Assembly: GCA_050084985.1 (NCBI GenBank)
Contig: JBITNC010000001.1
Coordinates: 146,196,001 to 146,260,000 of the forward strand
Length of the DNA: 64,000 nt
Direction of reading: 5' to 3'
DNA from: Nageia nagi
Lineage: Eukaryota; Plantae; Pinophyta
The notes below the pieces were generated by a model that did no database searches, had not been told where the DNA came from, and saw only the letters and a program-made list of their open reading frames with translations. Of this stretch, positions 12,801 to 27,438 are shown one piece after another. Position 1 is the first letter of the stretch, and each line of letters begins with the position of its first letter. The position numbers were made by a program, and so were the translations under genes.

Positions 12801-14695
12801 TCCACTAAGATACATTACTTGAGTTAGCCACCATACATCCATGTGAAAAAACTCTAACTTTTATTTCTTCCTCTCTTTTGCAAGTTTAAAGAATCTTACC
12901 CTTTTCTATTTACCAAAACTACAATCCTCACAAACCCCATATCCATTTCCTTGAGGTTTGGTAGTAATTTTCATGAGTGCAAAATTTGCATTCCTTCCTC
13001 ACTCATGTGGCCTAATGTATGATGTCGTATCTTTATATATTCTCTTGTAGAAAATAAATTTATAGTGTAGATGGATTAGTCTATAAGAAAATAATAATTA
13101 CTATTTATTTACCTTTGGGAGCATCATAGATCCTTTTTGTAACTTTAAAGAGTTTTCCCTAAATATAAATGTCAAACCTGCTTTGTCAAGCTGACGAACT
13201 GAGATCAAATTTCTTGCCATATTAGGAATATGTAATAGTTCATTTAACATTGATATAGCTCCATTAGATAACATTGTATTTATATTTACATTTCCTTTAA
13301 TCTACTAAGGATGGTTGTCTCCTAACAAAACCTATCAAAGCTCTTGTTTGAACATGCTTTACAAAATAGTCCTTCTGTAATGTAGCATACAATGATACAC
13401 CAAATTCAATAACCTGATAATAATTATTCTTATCTAAAGATAATATCAAATAATCATATAATATTTAATTATCTCCATTTAATTCTAAGTTATTACATTT
13501 ATACCTTCCATTTTCACCAATTTCATCATTGATTATATTCTAGTAATCCTTTTTCAATTAGTGTTTCTTGCCATGTTACTATTATTTACCTTCCTCTTTT
13601 TAATTAGACTTAGATCTTTCTATTATATGAATTTTGTATCTTTCTCTTTACCTTCCTCTATTATTTTTAAGCATTAATATAGTTCTTGATGATGATGCTT
13701 CATTGGAGGATTTTATCCTCATACCTTCATTGAGAAAAAACACTAACAATATTATAAAATGCTAAATTATTAGAACTAGATGCAAGGTTAGTTATGTCCA
13801 TCACTAAACTATTATATCTCTCTTATAGAAAGTACAAACTTAGAAAAATCTAACTTCATCATCCAAATCTAATCCTATAGAACTCAGTTTACTAGTTATT
13901 GTATTTAACATATTTAAATGATCTTGAATCAAATAATCATCATGCAATTTCATATTAACTAATTTATTCATAAGAAAAACTTTATTGGAAGCTAATAATT
14001 TCTCATACAACCTATCCAATACATATATTATCACTTTTTTTAATTTTCTCTTTAGACATTTTGAAGGAAATTATACCATACAAGCATAACCTCACTATCC
14101 CTAATGCTTTCCTTTCTAACAGATCCCAATCATTGTCAGAAATTGATGTTGGTTTCTTTACCTTAACTTCAAGAGGTTGGTAGAGGTCCTTATAATAAAG
14201 GTAATGCTCCATCTATATTTTCCAAAGTTGGAAATTATGGCCATTGAATTTATTTACCCTAAACTTCTAATCATTCACCATTACTCACACTTGAATGAAA
14301 TAGTGTTCTATCTAGTATCAAAAAAAATATTTGATATAAGAGATTAGTAAAGTATTTAATGTAGTTAACCTAGTGTGGGTTACATGCCTATATAATATTT
14401 TATTCATATTAAATACTCAAATTACCAAAGGTAATCACCAACAATATTTTGCTAGGCAAATCCTTTCCATGGTTCAAGAAGAAATTTCCCAATACAATCT
14501 CTCTCTCACACTCAAATTATAATAATTACTAAATCAAATAGCTATAGCTTCTAGCTTGAAAATAAGCATAAACAATAGATCCATAAATCATGAATTTTTT
14601 TCGATTTTTAGCCAATATAATTTTTTAATTTATAATGTTTCCATTCCATACATATGTAAATAACTAGTTAACAATAGAGAGAAAATTGATGTAAT
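9828..14695 (-). mobile_element. Decayed Ty1/copia LTR retrotransposon 1 (Tnt1/Tork-like)
   Basis: Diverged direct LTRs ~9828-10266 and ~14317-14695 (shared CCTAGTGTGGG.TACAT and AAATAACTAGTTAACAATAGAGAGAAAATTGA). Gag from 14281 reads KFRVNKFNGHNFQLWKI*MEHYLYYKDLYQPL. RT reads LDVKITFIDGDIEDKIYMQ (~11530) and YMDN for YVDD (~11262-11273). RNase H reads KHIKLKYHFI...KIHTPHNLIDMFTK (10290-10481). Confidence 0.9.
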
Positions 14696-15529
14696 AAATT
14701 TTAAGCTTCGCTTCTCATCACTGTCTATCATATCAATATTAGAATTGATATTATGAGGTGTCAAGTGATAGAGCTCCAATAGGTTCATCAAAATTTTTCA
14801 AGAGCATAGGTTTATCGAAAACTTTTGTAACTCAATAACATAAGAATGTAGGACCACTTAGTACTTTGTAGTATGGATTCTTTGAAAAATGGTTTGAATG
14901 AAATAAGAGCATGATATTATTTATGTTACTTAATAAATCAAAATACTTCATGAATGTGGCCATCATTATAGATCTATATCAATGTGTAGGTGGGGCTAAG
15001 GGTTTGAGATGCAACAACATGAAAATAGAATGGCAAACATAGGAGGCATTTGTTATTTAGGTAGCTCATAACTTGATGCATGAAAATAAAAAGTTTATGA
15101 TATATTGAGGTGTGATTTGGATTCTTTTTTAAATATTCTTGAAACATGTTCAAATATTTTAGGTGGCTTTTTTTAATTTTAAGTATTACCTTAATTATAT
15201 ATTTAATGCAACTTCATGGTTCTCAAGATTTTTTGTTATAAAACTTTATATTGTTAGAATGAATTACATTAAAAATTAAATGTATACATGATACTTAATG
15301 TTATGTCTTATGTTGTTAAAGTTTTTAAACATTATTTCAAAACTATTAGTTTTATTTATTAATACAAAATTTACATGTTAATCAAAAATTAAAAAAACAT
15401 AAGCTATAGTTGATACCTCATTTGGTAGTTCGCCAATATTAAATTATTTTATTAGTCCATAGAGATTTTTATTTATTCACAATAAATTATGACTCAATAT
15501 TATATTATCAATTTATCAATTTAATCCTT

Positions 15530-18500
15530 GTGTACTAGTTCTTAACTAGATGCCATAAGATTTTTAAACTATCTTTATAATAGTGTCATAAATCTTGCCT
15601 TCAAGAGATCTTTGGTCCAGTTAATATAAACGTTCTTTTTCTCTAAAGTTGATAAGACATTGAAATTATTTTAAAATTTGATCTTCTTACAAATAGAATA
15701 AATCTAATTTTATACCCTTTTTTAAGGTTTGAAATTTATTTCCTCATAATTAGAGTACTTTTGGTTCCCTCTCCAAATGCTTAGTTGACCCATATTGGAG
15801 TTATTCCTAATTTATACTTGATAAATTGTAAATTGAGGTTCTTGGATTCTTTAACTCTTTAAAGTTTATCTCAATATATTACCTATTATTTTACTTATTT
15901 CTAATTTGGAATAAATTTATATATTTACTGAAAGGTTTTAGGCCTTATCTCTTCTATCATAATACCTCCTTAAAGACTCTAATTTATATCTAGAATGCTA
16001 TCGAGGAATTCATCTTTCCAAATAACTAATTTATGTTTGTACTCCTATATTTTCCAATCAATATTCATTATTTTTTGTGTTCCTCTATGGCTGAAATATT
16101 CTATCCCAAGGATCCTATGTTAGTAATTCCTCTAATAAAATTGGGTGACTCTCTATCCACTATCTATTTAGGGAATCCTTCCCTTGCTAGAATATTGATT
16201 CTTATGAATATAGATTTATCATTGGCTTCAATACAAGTCATTGTTTTTAGGGTTCAAAATATATATGTAAAATTTTTCCTCTATAGTCTTTAAATTATCC
16301 ATTCAACTACTCTACTTATCCTTAATTTGCCTTACCAAAATTTAGTTTTACTTAAGCTTCTAATGGTCTTTCCTATTTAGTATTTTCTTCTAGCTTCCAC
16401 ATTTAATTTAAGTGGGTCTTCCTTCCTTATTGATGTTTTTACTTATTCTTCTCTATTAGTTATTAGAATATTGTAAACTATTACTTATTTTATATAAATA
16501 TATTTGAAAATTTCTTTATTTCCTTTTCAAATGGTTCATTAGAACATCAAATTTGAAAGGTTATATATTACATTAGTGAAGATTATTATCATAAAATATA
16601 GTCTATTAATATTGTTTTTGAAGAGTTCATTATGTGTTGAAGTAGTTAACACATTAGGGCCCTATATATTTAGAAAAAAGAGATTTATGTATGAATTATA
16701 CTCTCTTTTGTTTAGAAAAATTAATTCTCTTTCCAGTCGATTATATAATGTACAATTTCCTTTTTGTTGGATACTAATCATGAAAATATTTAGATTTTTT
16801 GCATGCAAGAATATATATAGATTTTAATTTGAAGAAAATTATCAACTTGTATTTTCATTTTGTAATACTAATCATTACTATCTATGTACTACCATTATTT
16901 CATGTTTGGTCAAATCAAATTCTCTTTATCTTTTATTTTTTGCATTAAAATATATTTTAAAATTTCATGGAATTTGTGTAATATAATTTTTCATTTGTTG
17001 TCTTAAATATATATTATTATTTTTTAAATTCCTTATTGATTTACTATGATATATTAAAACAACGTGTCTCATGTTTTTTATAGGAGGATTTGTTTTAATC
17101 TATGATATTACTATTATTTTCATAGGGAATCTATTCCTTTCAATCTATCTTAACAAAATATAATATTGCTTTTAACCTTTACAATTTTTATTCCTTACAT
17201 AATATGATTCTAGAATATTGAATAACCTTGAATGGATGGATTTTTAAGAATACTTAGGGTATCACTTGATCACATATAATTTGTATAAATTAATCAAATC
17301 ATCATCTCCCTTTTTCCTTCATAGTTTTCCATACCTTTTCTTCTACTAGAATACTATTTTAACATAATATTCTACTTTTTGCATAATCCTTCTTTATTAT
17401 TTAAGAGATATAATTTTTTTAATTTAAAAAAATATAATATATTTTTATCTTCTAAATTTTATCATTTATAGACATTTTGAATAGTTTTGATAATATTACT
17501 AATTTTGTTAGGAATCTTGAATATCGATAGAAAATCAATTGATAAATATTTAAGGGTAATCCTAAAATATTATAACTCACCTATGATACTCAAGATTACA
17601 CCCTTTTAAAATACCAATTTTCTATCAATCCTATTTATTAGTTTGTTTAATAATTTTTATTTTATTAGACCTTGAAATAAGGCAATTATAAGAAAAGTTG
17701 ATGGTAGCTTCTCAATTGTATAAGATGTTTTTTTTTTTCTATTTTTCTAACTTTTTGAAGTAATGAGAAAAATAATCTCTATTTTCTCTACACCAATTAC
17801 TTTTGTATAGGTTGTCTCATATTTTCTTGGTATATATCAAATAGTATTAGCTGTTGTAGTAAGTGACTACTTAAAAATGATGATCTCTTCTAGATACTAG
17901 AAGGGATTGAACTCAATTATTCTATTTTTTATTATGATCCCATGAATTCCTCTTTATACTTTTTCTCTCCTAATGGTTTTTCTTAGCACTTTTAAGGTAA
18001 TGATAAAAAGAAGGGATGGAATAGGGTAACCTTCTATTATTATTGGAAGAATCTAGCTTGAAATAAATGTTGTCTTGGTGCATATAAAATATTTGATCTT
18101 TGATTATGAATGCATCTTATTAAAAAATAAAATTGAGTATTTTTAACATAAGTTTTGGGATATGGGTTAATAGGTAAATTAATCCTTCAATCAGATGATG
18201 ATAGAGTTACATTTACTAGTGGAGAATAATCATGGTGTGAAAAATGTAAACCATGTTCAATTATAATGGACATTGGGTCACATTCTATCATCTTGAATTT
18301 CTCTAATAGCTTCTTGGTGTACTTCATCTATGAGATAAATATTTGGTCCTTCATGTGCTAGACCACCAATCCAAGGTAATAGTGAAGTATATAAAGGTAA
18401 TTCATGTTGAATGATCATTTAAGGTCATCTTTGTAAGATAGGATTAACTCTGTAATGCTTCCTATGATAACCAAACCATCAACATAAACTATAACTATGA

Positions 18501-19500
18501 TAATCTCCCCTCCATGTTGTTAAAGGTCGAGGTTTGGATCAAATAAACTTATCTTAAAGTCATATTATAGTAGATGGGAAAACATTTTCATGTTTCAGGC
18601 TCAAGGAGTCTATTTCAAACCATATAGATAATTGATCAATCTACACATTTTTATTTTTCTTAGATTAATCAAAAATCCCTTAGGTTACTGCATGTAGACT
18701 TCTTCCTCTATGTCTCCATTTAGGAAGGTACTCTTCACATCCATTTGGTGGACTTTCTCACCAAATTATGATGCCATTTCAAAGGTAATTCTGATGGTCT
18801 TCATTTTGGATATGGGAGTAAAAATCTCCTCATAGTCGATACCTTCATGTTGATCATACCCTTTGGTAATGAGTTGGTCTTTGTGCTTATTGAGTGTACC
18901 ATTAGATTTATACTTATTTTTGAACACCATTTGCATCCAATAGGATTCTTCCTTGTTTGAAGATCTACAAACTTCCATGTGACATTTTTCATCAATACAT
19001 CATATTCAACATGCATGGTTGACTTCTAATGTGGTAGCTCAATAGCTTCATGAACCATTTCAAGTTTAGGTTTATTTATAATTGTACTCATCAGTGCCAT
19101 ATTCACTTCCTCATGAGCCATAATTTATTTCCTTACTCTAAAAGTCAAAGTATTTGGTGGAGAACTCAAGTTTGAATTTGGTAGTGTCTTATAGTACCAC
19201 TTAAGTATTTGAGGTGGTAAATTCATAACTAGAGCTTCTCTATCATTCCTAAATTTTATATTAAATTATATCATTGATTTCTATTCACTTTAGTTCAAAT
19301 GTAATGAAAGACCTCTTTCTCTATTCATTTTTTTGTAGCAATGAAAGGAGATGATTATGAGCATATCCTGATATAGGGAGGGCTTAAACATTGATATCCC
19401 ATATTCTTCAATGCCATTTCAGGTTCATGAGAATCTCTTATACTCCACCTTGGATACTAAAATCTTTAATTATTTTATTTGACTATGCATATTATGCTCT
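15530..19500 (-). other. Unidentified decayed coding-like tract, interrupted by the 18171-19247 insertion
   Basis: A-rich minus strand with long stretches that translate plausibly when TAA/TAG are read as Gln/Trp. No motif recognised. Confidence 0.25.
18171..19247 (-). repeat. Near-identical copy of the copia-2 RT region 20613-21688
   Basis: Roughly 15-20 differences over ~1.08 kb by eye. Contains KGYDQHEGIDYEEIFTP and IVYVDGLVIIG. Confidence 0.95.
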
Positions 19501-19754
19501 TTTAAGTTATATATTGAAAAGATTATTAATATCCAATATACTTTCTATGATTTTATTATTTATTTAATAAAATACCTTATATTACTTCTTATTAAATATT
19601 TCTTATGAGATTAAATATTTATGGTGTAAAAAAACATTCCAAAAATATATATTAATAATAATATACTTTTAGAATTTATAAATTAAGTTTCTAATTATCT
19701 TATATTTTCTTAAGCTTTGATGATTGAAACTTATGTAACACTTGCCTCAATTTC

Positions 19755-22700
19755 TATTTGAGAGAAGTTAAAATTGACCTATTCCATTAATGAAAAGGGT
19801 TTAAATATAATAGAGAAGCATGAGTTACATTCCCATAAAGATAAGAAAAATACCCATAAACCCTAATATACCAATGTGTAACATTAGTATAAAGACTAAT
19901 GTACTTAATAAAGATATAGATACCTAAGGTATATATTACTATATAATATATTAATTCTAATACCCTCCCATAGTACATTATGTCTTCAAAGGACATGAGA
20001 GGAAGATCTGAAAGTATTCAAACTTTGAACCACTATCAAGTGATTTGGTGAAGACATCTACAATTTGATCTTTCATGGAAATGTACTAGAGGTGAATATT
20101 TTGTAGTGAAACATGATTGTGAATGAAGTACACATGTATTTTAATTTGTTTGGTGCTTATGATAATAAGAGTTTTGAACTAGTTTCAATACAACTTGATT
20201 GTCGCAATGTAGAACTATGGTTTATGTCTATAGAATTTCAATTTTTATCAAAATATGATGTAACCATATTGCTTCATAAATAGTGTCTCCTATAGTATGG
20301 TATTTATAATCTATGATAGACTTGGTTGTGATGCTTTGCTTCTTTCTACCCCATGAAATTGGTCCAAATCCAAAGAAGAACACATAACCTATCATTTATC
20401 TTCTATCATCCAAGGATCCTCCATAATCTACATCTGTGTATTTAGATAAGATGAACTTATCATTCTTCATGTACTCTAGGTGATAATCATCAATGCCAAG
20501 GATGTACCTCAAAACATGGTTTACTATGATCCAATGGGCCCTCTTTGGTTCATGCATAAATCTTAAAATATTGCTAACAATATATTACATATCTTGCCTG
20601 ACTCATGTATGCTAGGTTAATTAACCCTTCAATTAGATGATGATAGAGTTACATTTACTGGTGGAGAATAATCATGGTGTGAAAAATGTAAACCATGTTC
20701 AATTATAATGGACATTGGGTCACATTCTATCATCTTGAATTTCTCTAATAGCTTCTTGGTGTACTTCATCTATGAGATAAATATTTGGTCCTTCATGTGC
20801 TAGACCACCAATCCAAGGTAATAGTGAAGTATATAAAGGTAATTCATGTTGAATGATCATTTAAGGTCATCTTTGTAAGATAGGATTAACTCTGTAATGC
20901 TTCCTATGATAACCAAACCATCAACATAAACTATAACTATGATAATCTCCCCTCCATGTTGTTAAAGGTCAAGGTTTGGATCAAATAAACTTATCTTAAA
21001 GTCATATTATAGTAGATGGGAAAACATTTTCATGTTTCAGGCTCAAGGAGTCTATTTCAAACCATATAGATAATTGATCAATCTACACATTTTTATTTTT
21101 CTTAGATTAATAAAAAATCCCTTAGGTTACTACATGTAGACTTCTTCCTCTATGTCTCCATTTAGGAAGGTACTCTTCACATCCATTTGGTGGACTTTCT
21201 CACCAAATTATGATGCCATTTCAAAGGTAATTCTGATGGTCTTCATTTTGGATATGGGAGTAAAAATCTCCTCATAGTCGATACCTTCATGTTGATCATA
21301 CCCTTTGGTAATGAGTTGGTCTTTGTGTTTATTGAGTGTACCATTAGATTTATACTTAGTTTTGAACACCCATTTGCATCCAATAGGATTCTTCCTTGGT
21401 TGAAGATCTACAAACTTCCATGTGACATTTTTCATCAATACATCATATTCAACATGCATGGTTGACTTCTAATGTGGTAGCTTAATAGCTTCATGAACCA
21501 TTTCAAGTTTAGTTTTATTTATAATTGTACTCATCAGTGCCATATTCACTTCCTCATGAGCCATAACTTATTTCCTTACTCTAGAAGTCAAAGTATTTGG
21601 TGGAGAACTCAAGTTTGAATTTGGTAGTGTCTTATACTACCACTTAAGTATTTGAGGTGGTAAATTCATAACTAGTGCTTCTCTATCATCATGTTCATCA
21701 TCATAATTGATTATGTGGGTACTTTTAGGTTTAGGTACCTCTACAGTTGGACTAGTTGAAGATTCACTAGTCTCATCAAAGAACACATCTTTGCTAATAT
21801 AAGTCTTTTGAGTAGTAGGATCCATAACTCTATAGGCTTTGGATTCACTACCTAAAAAGAATGGACCTTTTTATTTTAATTTTCATCAATCTTATTCCTT
21901 TTCTCCTTACGAATGTGTATGTAGGTAGTACAACCAAATACATGAAGATGTGAGATATTAGGTGGCTATCCTAACTATGCTTCTTTAGTTTTCATCCCAT
22001 CAAGAGCTTTTTTGGTTGCCCTATTCAATAGATATATGGTAGTATTCACTACTTTAGGATAAAATATCCCATCCATTCTTGCATCTTTCAACATACTTCT
22101 TTTGATTTCTATAATAGTTCAATTTCATATTTCACAAGCTCTATTTTGTTGTTGTGTAGGATGTGGTTAACTCTCACCAAATTTTATGTTGCTTTAGGAA
22201 TGGGAAAAACTCATTTGATAAGTATTATCCTGCTTGATATGAATGAAGAACATGGATGTGATGAGAAGTTTGCTTCTCCACAAGTGCATTGAATTCCTTG
22301 AAGTAGGAAAATGTCTAATCCTTTATCTTCAAGAAATATGCTAACATTTTTTTGGAGTAGTCATCAAAAAATAATAGGAACTATCTGAGGCTATAAATAC
22401 TAGTGAGGATGGGACCACATATATCAATATGGATCACATAAATATTTTCTTTATCATGATGTGTGCTATCATTGATTGGGATTCTATTTTATTTTTCGAT
22501 GATGTAAGTAGAAAAAATATTAGTAGGAGAAGAGGTGGAAGACTATGTACCTTGCAAACTGATTAGGTAGTTTAGATTCATATGTTTTAATCTACAATTC
22601 TAAAGAGTAGTAACATTTGTAACATGAACATTGAGTGCCTAATTTTCGGAAGCTACAACATCAAACAAAAATATTCTTCCAATTCCTTTTTCTTTTTCTA

Positions 22701-25700
22701 CAATTCATTATCCTTTAGATTTATCACAAATGAAATAAAGCTTTTCTCCTTTTATAGTATCAAACTCCACCTTCATATTTTTATTTTGCATCTATCTAAC
22801 TAATAGGAGGTTCCTCATAAGCTTTATTGTATATAAGACCTCTTTAATATGATAGTTATTCTTTCCAATTCAGACATGAACATCACCCTTGGCTTCAATT
22901 TCATGTGATTTGTCATCACCCATTTGAACTTGACCAAGATTTCATTATCATCTAAATAAGAAAATAATTTTTTTTAACAAATCATATGTTTGGAAGCACT
23001 AAATCAACATACCAAGTGGAGGAGACTGAAGGGTTCTCTTGACGAACAAAAGTGAGCTCACTAACATCTTCAATCACTTGCTCAATAACATTTAAAACAT
23101 TAACTTGTTTTTATCTTTGGTATGGTCATCTTTGTTTAAACTCCCTCTAATTTTGATGGTTTTTCCCTTTTTATTATTTTTTCTTATTACATAAAGAGCC
23201 TTGATGAAAATAATTGTACCAACAATCTTGCAATTCATGGCCTTTGTTTCCATAAATTATGCAACTATTTTGCTACTTTTCATTTTACTATGAAGGATTT
23301 TTGCCTTTACCTTTCTCCTAGAAGGGTTTCTTGCCTCATTGATTTGACATCATTGCTTGCTCCTTGTCATTCAAATTTACATAGAAGGTTTCCTCTTGCT
23401 ACAACATATTCACCAACTTTTTAAAGGTAAGTTTCTAATCCAAAATGTAGGTCATCACAAAGATATGAAAAATCTCTAGGAGTGCTCTCAAAATAATTAG
23501 TACCAAGGATTTATCTTCCTTCATTTTGCCTATTACTTGTAGGGAGGCTCATAATTCCAAAATATGGTGAAGGAAAGATAACAGGGACTCTCCATTGTTC
23601 AAATGAATATTGTGTAACTAGCCTTACATGTGTAGAATTTGATTTTTATTCTTAGACTCATAGACTTCTTACAACTTCATCCATGCATCATCTACTTTTT
23701 TGCAATCATAGATATGGGGTTGGACATTATCTAAGATGTCAAGTAGTATGATCATTAATGATTTGTTGTTATGATAATCAAATTTCATTTATCTTCATCA
23801 GCAATTTATGAGCATATCTTGATGCGACTAATAATTCCCCATAAATATTTAAAGAGAACAATTGTTTGAATCTTTATCTTCCATGTGACATAATTGTCCC
23901 TTTTCAAAACTTGAGAGTTGGGAACAATATTTTGGGGGTAATTTGGGCCATGTTTATTTTGTAATTTTGCTTCTTCAATCACTAATTGGTAAAAAAATTG
24001 TAATCATTTTGGAGTTTAAAAAAAATTCTAATGTTAATATGCCTATAAGGTGTTCTTCAACAATATATATCTTACATGGTATTAATTTAATGAGTTTGAT
24101 TCCAAACATTTAATAAATACCTTCAATTTTTAATAATTTACTTAAAAAATATTTAAAGCATATGTTAAAATTAAATTTTTTATTACATTAGAGGGATTTG
24201 AATACTTGATCTCTTCTTCTCAAATTTGGTGCTTGTCCATTACATCAATAAATTTTTGTTGAAGAATTAATGACTTGGAGTAGTTTTGAGTCCAATTTTC
24301 TCTTTGACCTCCTTTTTTAAAAAGTTAATGTCCTTCATTAAATATTTTTACTCCTATAAAAATATGTTTTGTGGGCAATGTTACTTACTATTTGGGTAAA
24401 TTAATTGTGTCCTCCTTCAATTTTAATATTAACTCTAAATATCTCATCCAATAATATAACCTTCAAATTGGATAGTAAGTATATTATCTCTTCAAATATT
24501 TTTATTATTTGCAAATCATAGTCCACCAAAAAATTTAATATGTTTGTAAAAACTTTAATATTATAAATCTAGCCACTAATTATATACACTAAATTGATAT
24601 ATTATTTTGCAAATGCTAATCTTTTTTTTTATGTTGAAAGGTTGAGACTTTAGAATGCTAATTTAATTTTATAATTTCATCGATTGTGTTTAGGTGCTGG
24701 AGATTGATTTACCAAATGTAATTGATAGTAGGAGTATGTGTGAGGGATGAGTCTTGCATGAAATATCTACAATGAGAGATGTTGGAGTGGAGTATAGATA
24801 TGACATGCACATAGGTTATATAGGCTAAGTCAGCATGAGCAAGCTATATTTTTGGATGAGGGAAAGCAACATTCTAGCTATCATACAACTGTAATTGGGA
24901 TGAGGTAGCATTTGGTGGCTAGGAAAATCTATGTGAGTCATACAATAGTGTATAAAGACTATCAATAGCAAGAAATGGAGAGACTCAATGCATGGTTTGC
25001 TTATTATAAATGTTGATACACACTGCTCTCTTTACGTGGGGATGGCAATAAATGGAAGTATGCTTTTCTATGCACATGTTGATATGAGATGAGGGTAGAG
25101 GTTGATTGTCATGTTCATGGGCTATGGGTTGTGGAGGTATGAGGGGTCCATGATCAAACACACCAATACACACAACTCTAAACACATCTTAGATCTAGTT
25201 TTCTTACATGCAAGATGGCTACATACAAAAGACTAGCATTTGCACATAGGTTGGCTAGTAGTCTATTAGAGCATGCAATACACATTTGCTTGCATAAATC
25301 CAAATATACACTATTCTCAATTCTCTTAAACTTTGTTATTATTTTCCATATTATTTCAAGCAAAGCAAGCCGGTTTGCAAATTGACAACACCTCTAAAAA
25401 TTTTGCAAGGGTGTTTGGCACTCCTTTGCAAATCTCTCTTAAGATTTCTATGCAACAACAAGAGTCTCTAATTCCATTATTTTTCTATCTCCAATCATAT
25501 TGAGGGCATATGGAGCAAAGAGAATTAACTCATGGAAAAAATAAGGATCTTTACAATGGAGCTCTAATACCATATTTCATAGAAGCCATAATCGACCTAT
25601 TCCATTAATGAGAAGGTTTTAAATACAGTAGAGAAGTGGAAGTTACATTCCCATAAAGATAATGGAATTACCCACAAATCCTAATATTAAAATATCTAAC

Positions 25701-25780
25701 ATTATTATAAATACTAATGTATTTATTAAATATATAGATACATACATTATCTATTACTATCTAATTTATTATTTCTAATG
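19755..25780 (-). mobile_element. Decayed Ty1/copia LTR retrotransposon 2
   Basis: ~208-bp LTRs at 19755-19962 and 25573-25780. PBS TGGTATTAGAGC (tRNA-iMet type, 25561-25572), PPT next to 19963. Gag DNYVTWKIKIQT (~23890), integrase region ~21850-22430, RT PIGCKWVFKTK and YVDG (20917-20928), RNase H DQIVDVFTKSL (~20050). Confidence 0.92.
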
Positions 25781-26149
25781 ATCTGTACATAATTCATATT
25801 GCCAAATTTATGTGTTATTAGGCTCTCAAAATTTTCAAAGTACTATTTTTTTATAGTCTTTAATACTTGTGTTATATTACTAAACAAAATACCTTGATTT
25901 CATTTTTTTAGGGCATTTAGTATCATTATATTCACTAAAAATATTATTATTATACTTAATTATCTACATTTCAACTTATTTTTGTGTTATTTTTCTTTAC
26001 TTACTAGTGGTTTATACATATGGGAACTTAAGCCTAATTCTACCAATAAGTATCCTTCAATATCTTTAATTTTATACTTTTATTTATAACCTTCTAGGGG
26101 ATTATTATAGTTATTTAATAACTTTTTAAATAGATATATATTTTGTTAG

Positions 26150-27131
26150 AAAAATAGAGGCTTGAATATAGATACAAAAATTATGAATCAAAATAATAAC
26201 CTAATATGATACACATGCTCCCATGTTGAATGTTGATTGAGCAATTGTACCAAAAAGAAAATAAAAAATAAGAAATCAAAACATTTTTTAAAGGTTTGGC
26301 AAAAGAAGCAAGTTCATATCCAAGGTTAACTCTTCAATAGTTGCCTTATATATATTAATTAATGGAAAATCATTTTTCTTCTTAGTTCATTATCCTTATT
26401 GGATATATCAAAAGATATTTGACTTGTACTAACTATTGGGGGAGTGTTCAAGGCATTTGTGTTCCTCCAAATTATGAAGTCAAAAAATACCACCAGTTCT
26501 TTAGTGATCTACTATCCTGATTTCTAGACCCAATATATGGGAAGCAAATGCATTAGATAGGATTTTGGATACTTATGAAATGAATCTAAATAAAAATAAA
26601 TAAATTATTGAAAAAATAGCATTTTTTCTCAATAGCCATATTTGGGGATAATATTATATTGATAAAATTTTCAAAAGTAAAATTGATGTGCTACCCTAAA
26701 CCCATCATGGTATGTTCTTGTTTGAAGGAAGAATGAAGAAGGAATTTTGGAAAGGTATGTAAGTTGTCTCAAAAATAAATTAGAAGAATTGAAGGGGTCC
26801 ATGTTGACCATGGTAGTCAAATTTGAAGTAATAAAATAAGCTCTACCAAGTATTCCTATCAATATGAGTAGCATCTTTATGATCCATGCTTTGAGTGCCA
26901 ATCCAATAGATAGTATGTACAAAGATTTTATATCTAGATAAGAGTTGAATTTAAAAGAAGTGATTAAACCTAACTATGTAGAATAAATTTAAAATAAGAA
27001 AAATAAAGAAGGCCTCAAGATAAGAAAAATTAAATATGTATCAGCCAAACTATGAGGATGAAGGTAGAGTAGAAATTAGGTTAGAAAGAGGCTATATATA
27101 TGTATATGTATATACATAGATATATACATAA

Positions 27132-27230
<99 letters not shown>

Positions 27231-27261
27231 TATATACACACACACACACATAGATACATAC

Positions 27262-27313
<52 letters not shown>

Positions 27314-27375
27314 GTATGTATATATGTATGTATATATATATATACATACACACACACATAGATATATATACCTAA

Positions 27376-27438
<63 letters not shown>

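Noticed and set aside
17290-17320. GDD tripeptide (RKKGDDDLI) suggesting an RdRp motif C
   Set aside because: Basic rather than hydrophobic residues precede it, and no motif A or B was found.
20613-21030. Apparent foreign insert in copia-2
   Set aside because: Translation shows it is the RT core itself (IVYVDGLVIIG...YYLGL...KFKMIECDP).
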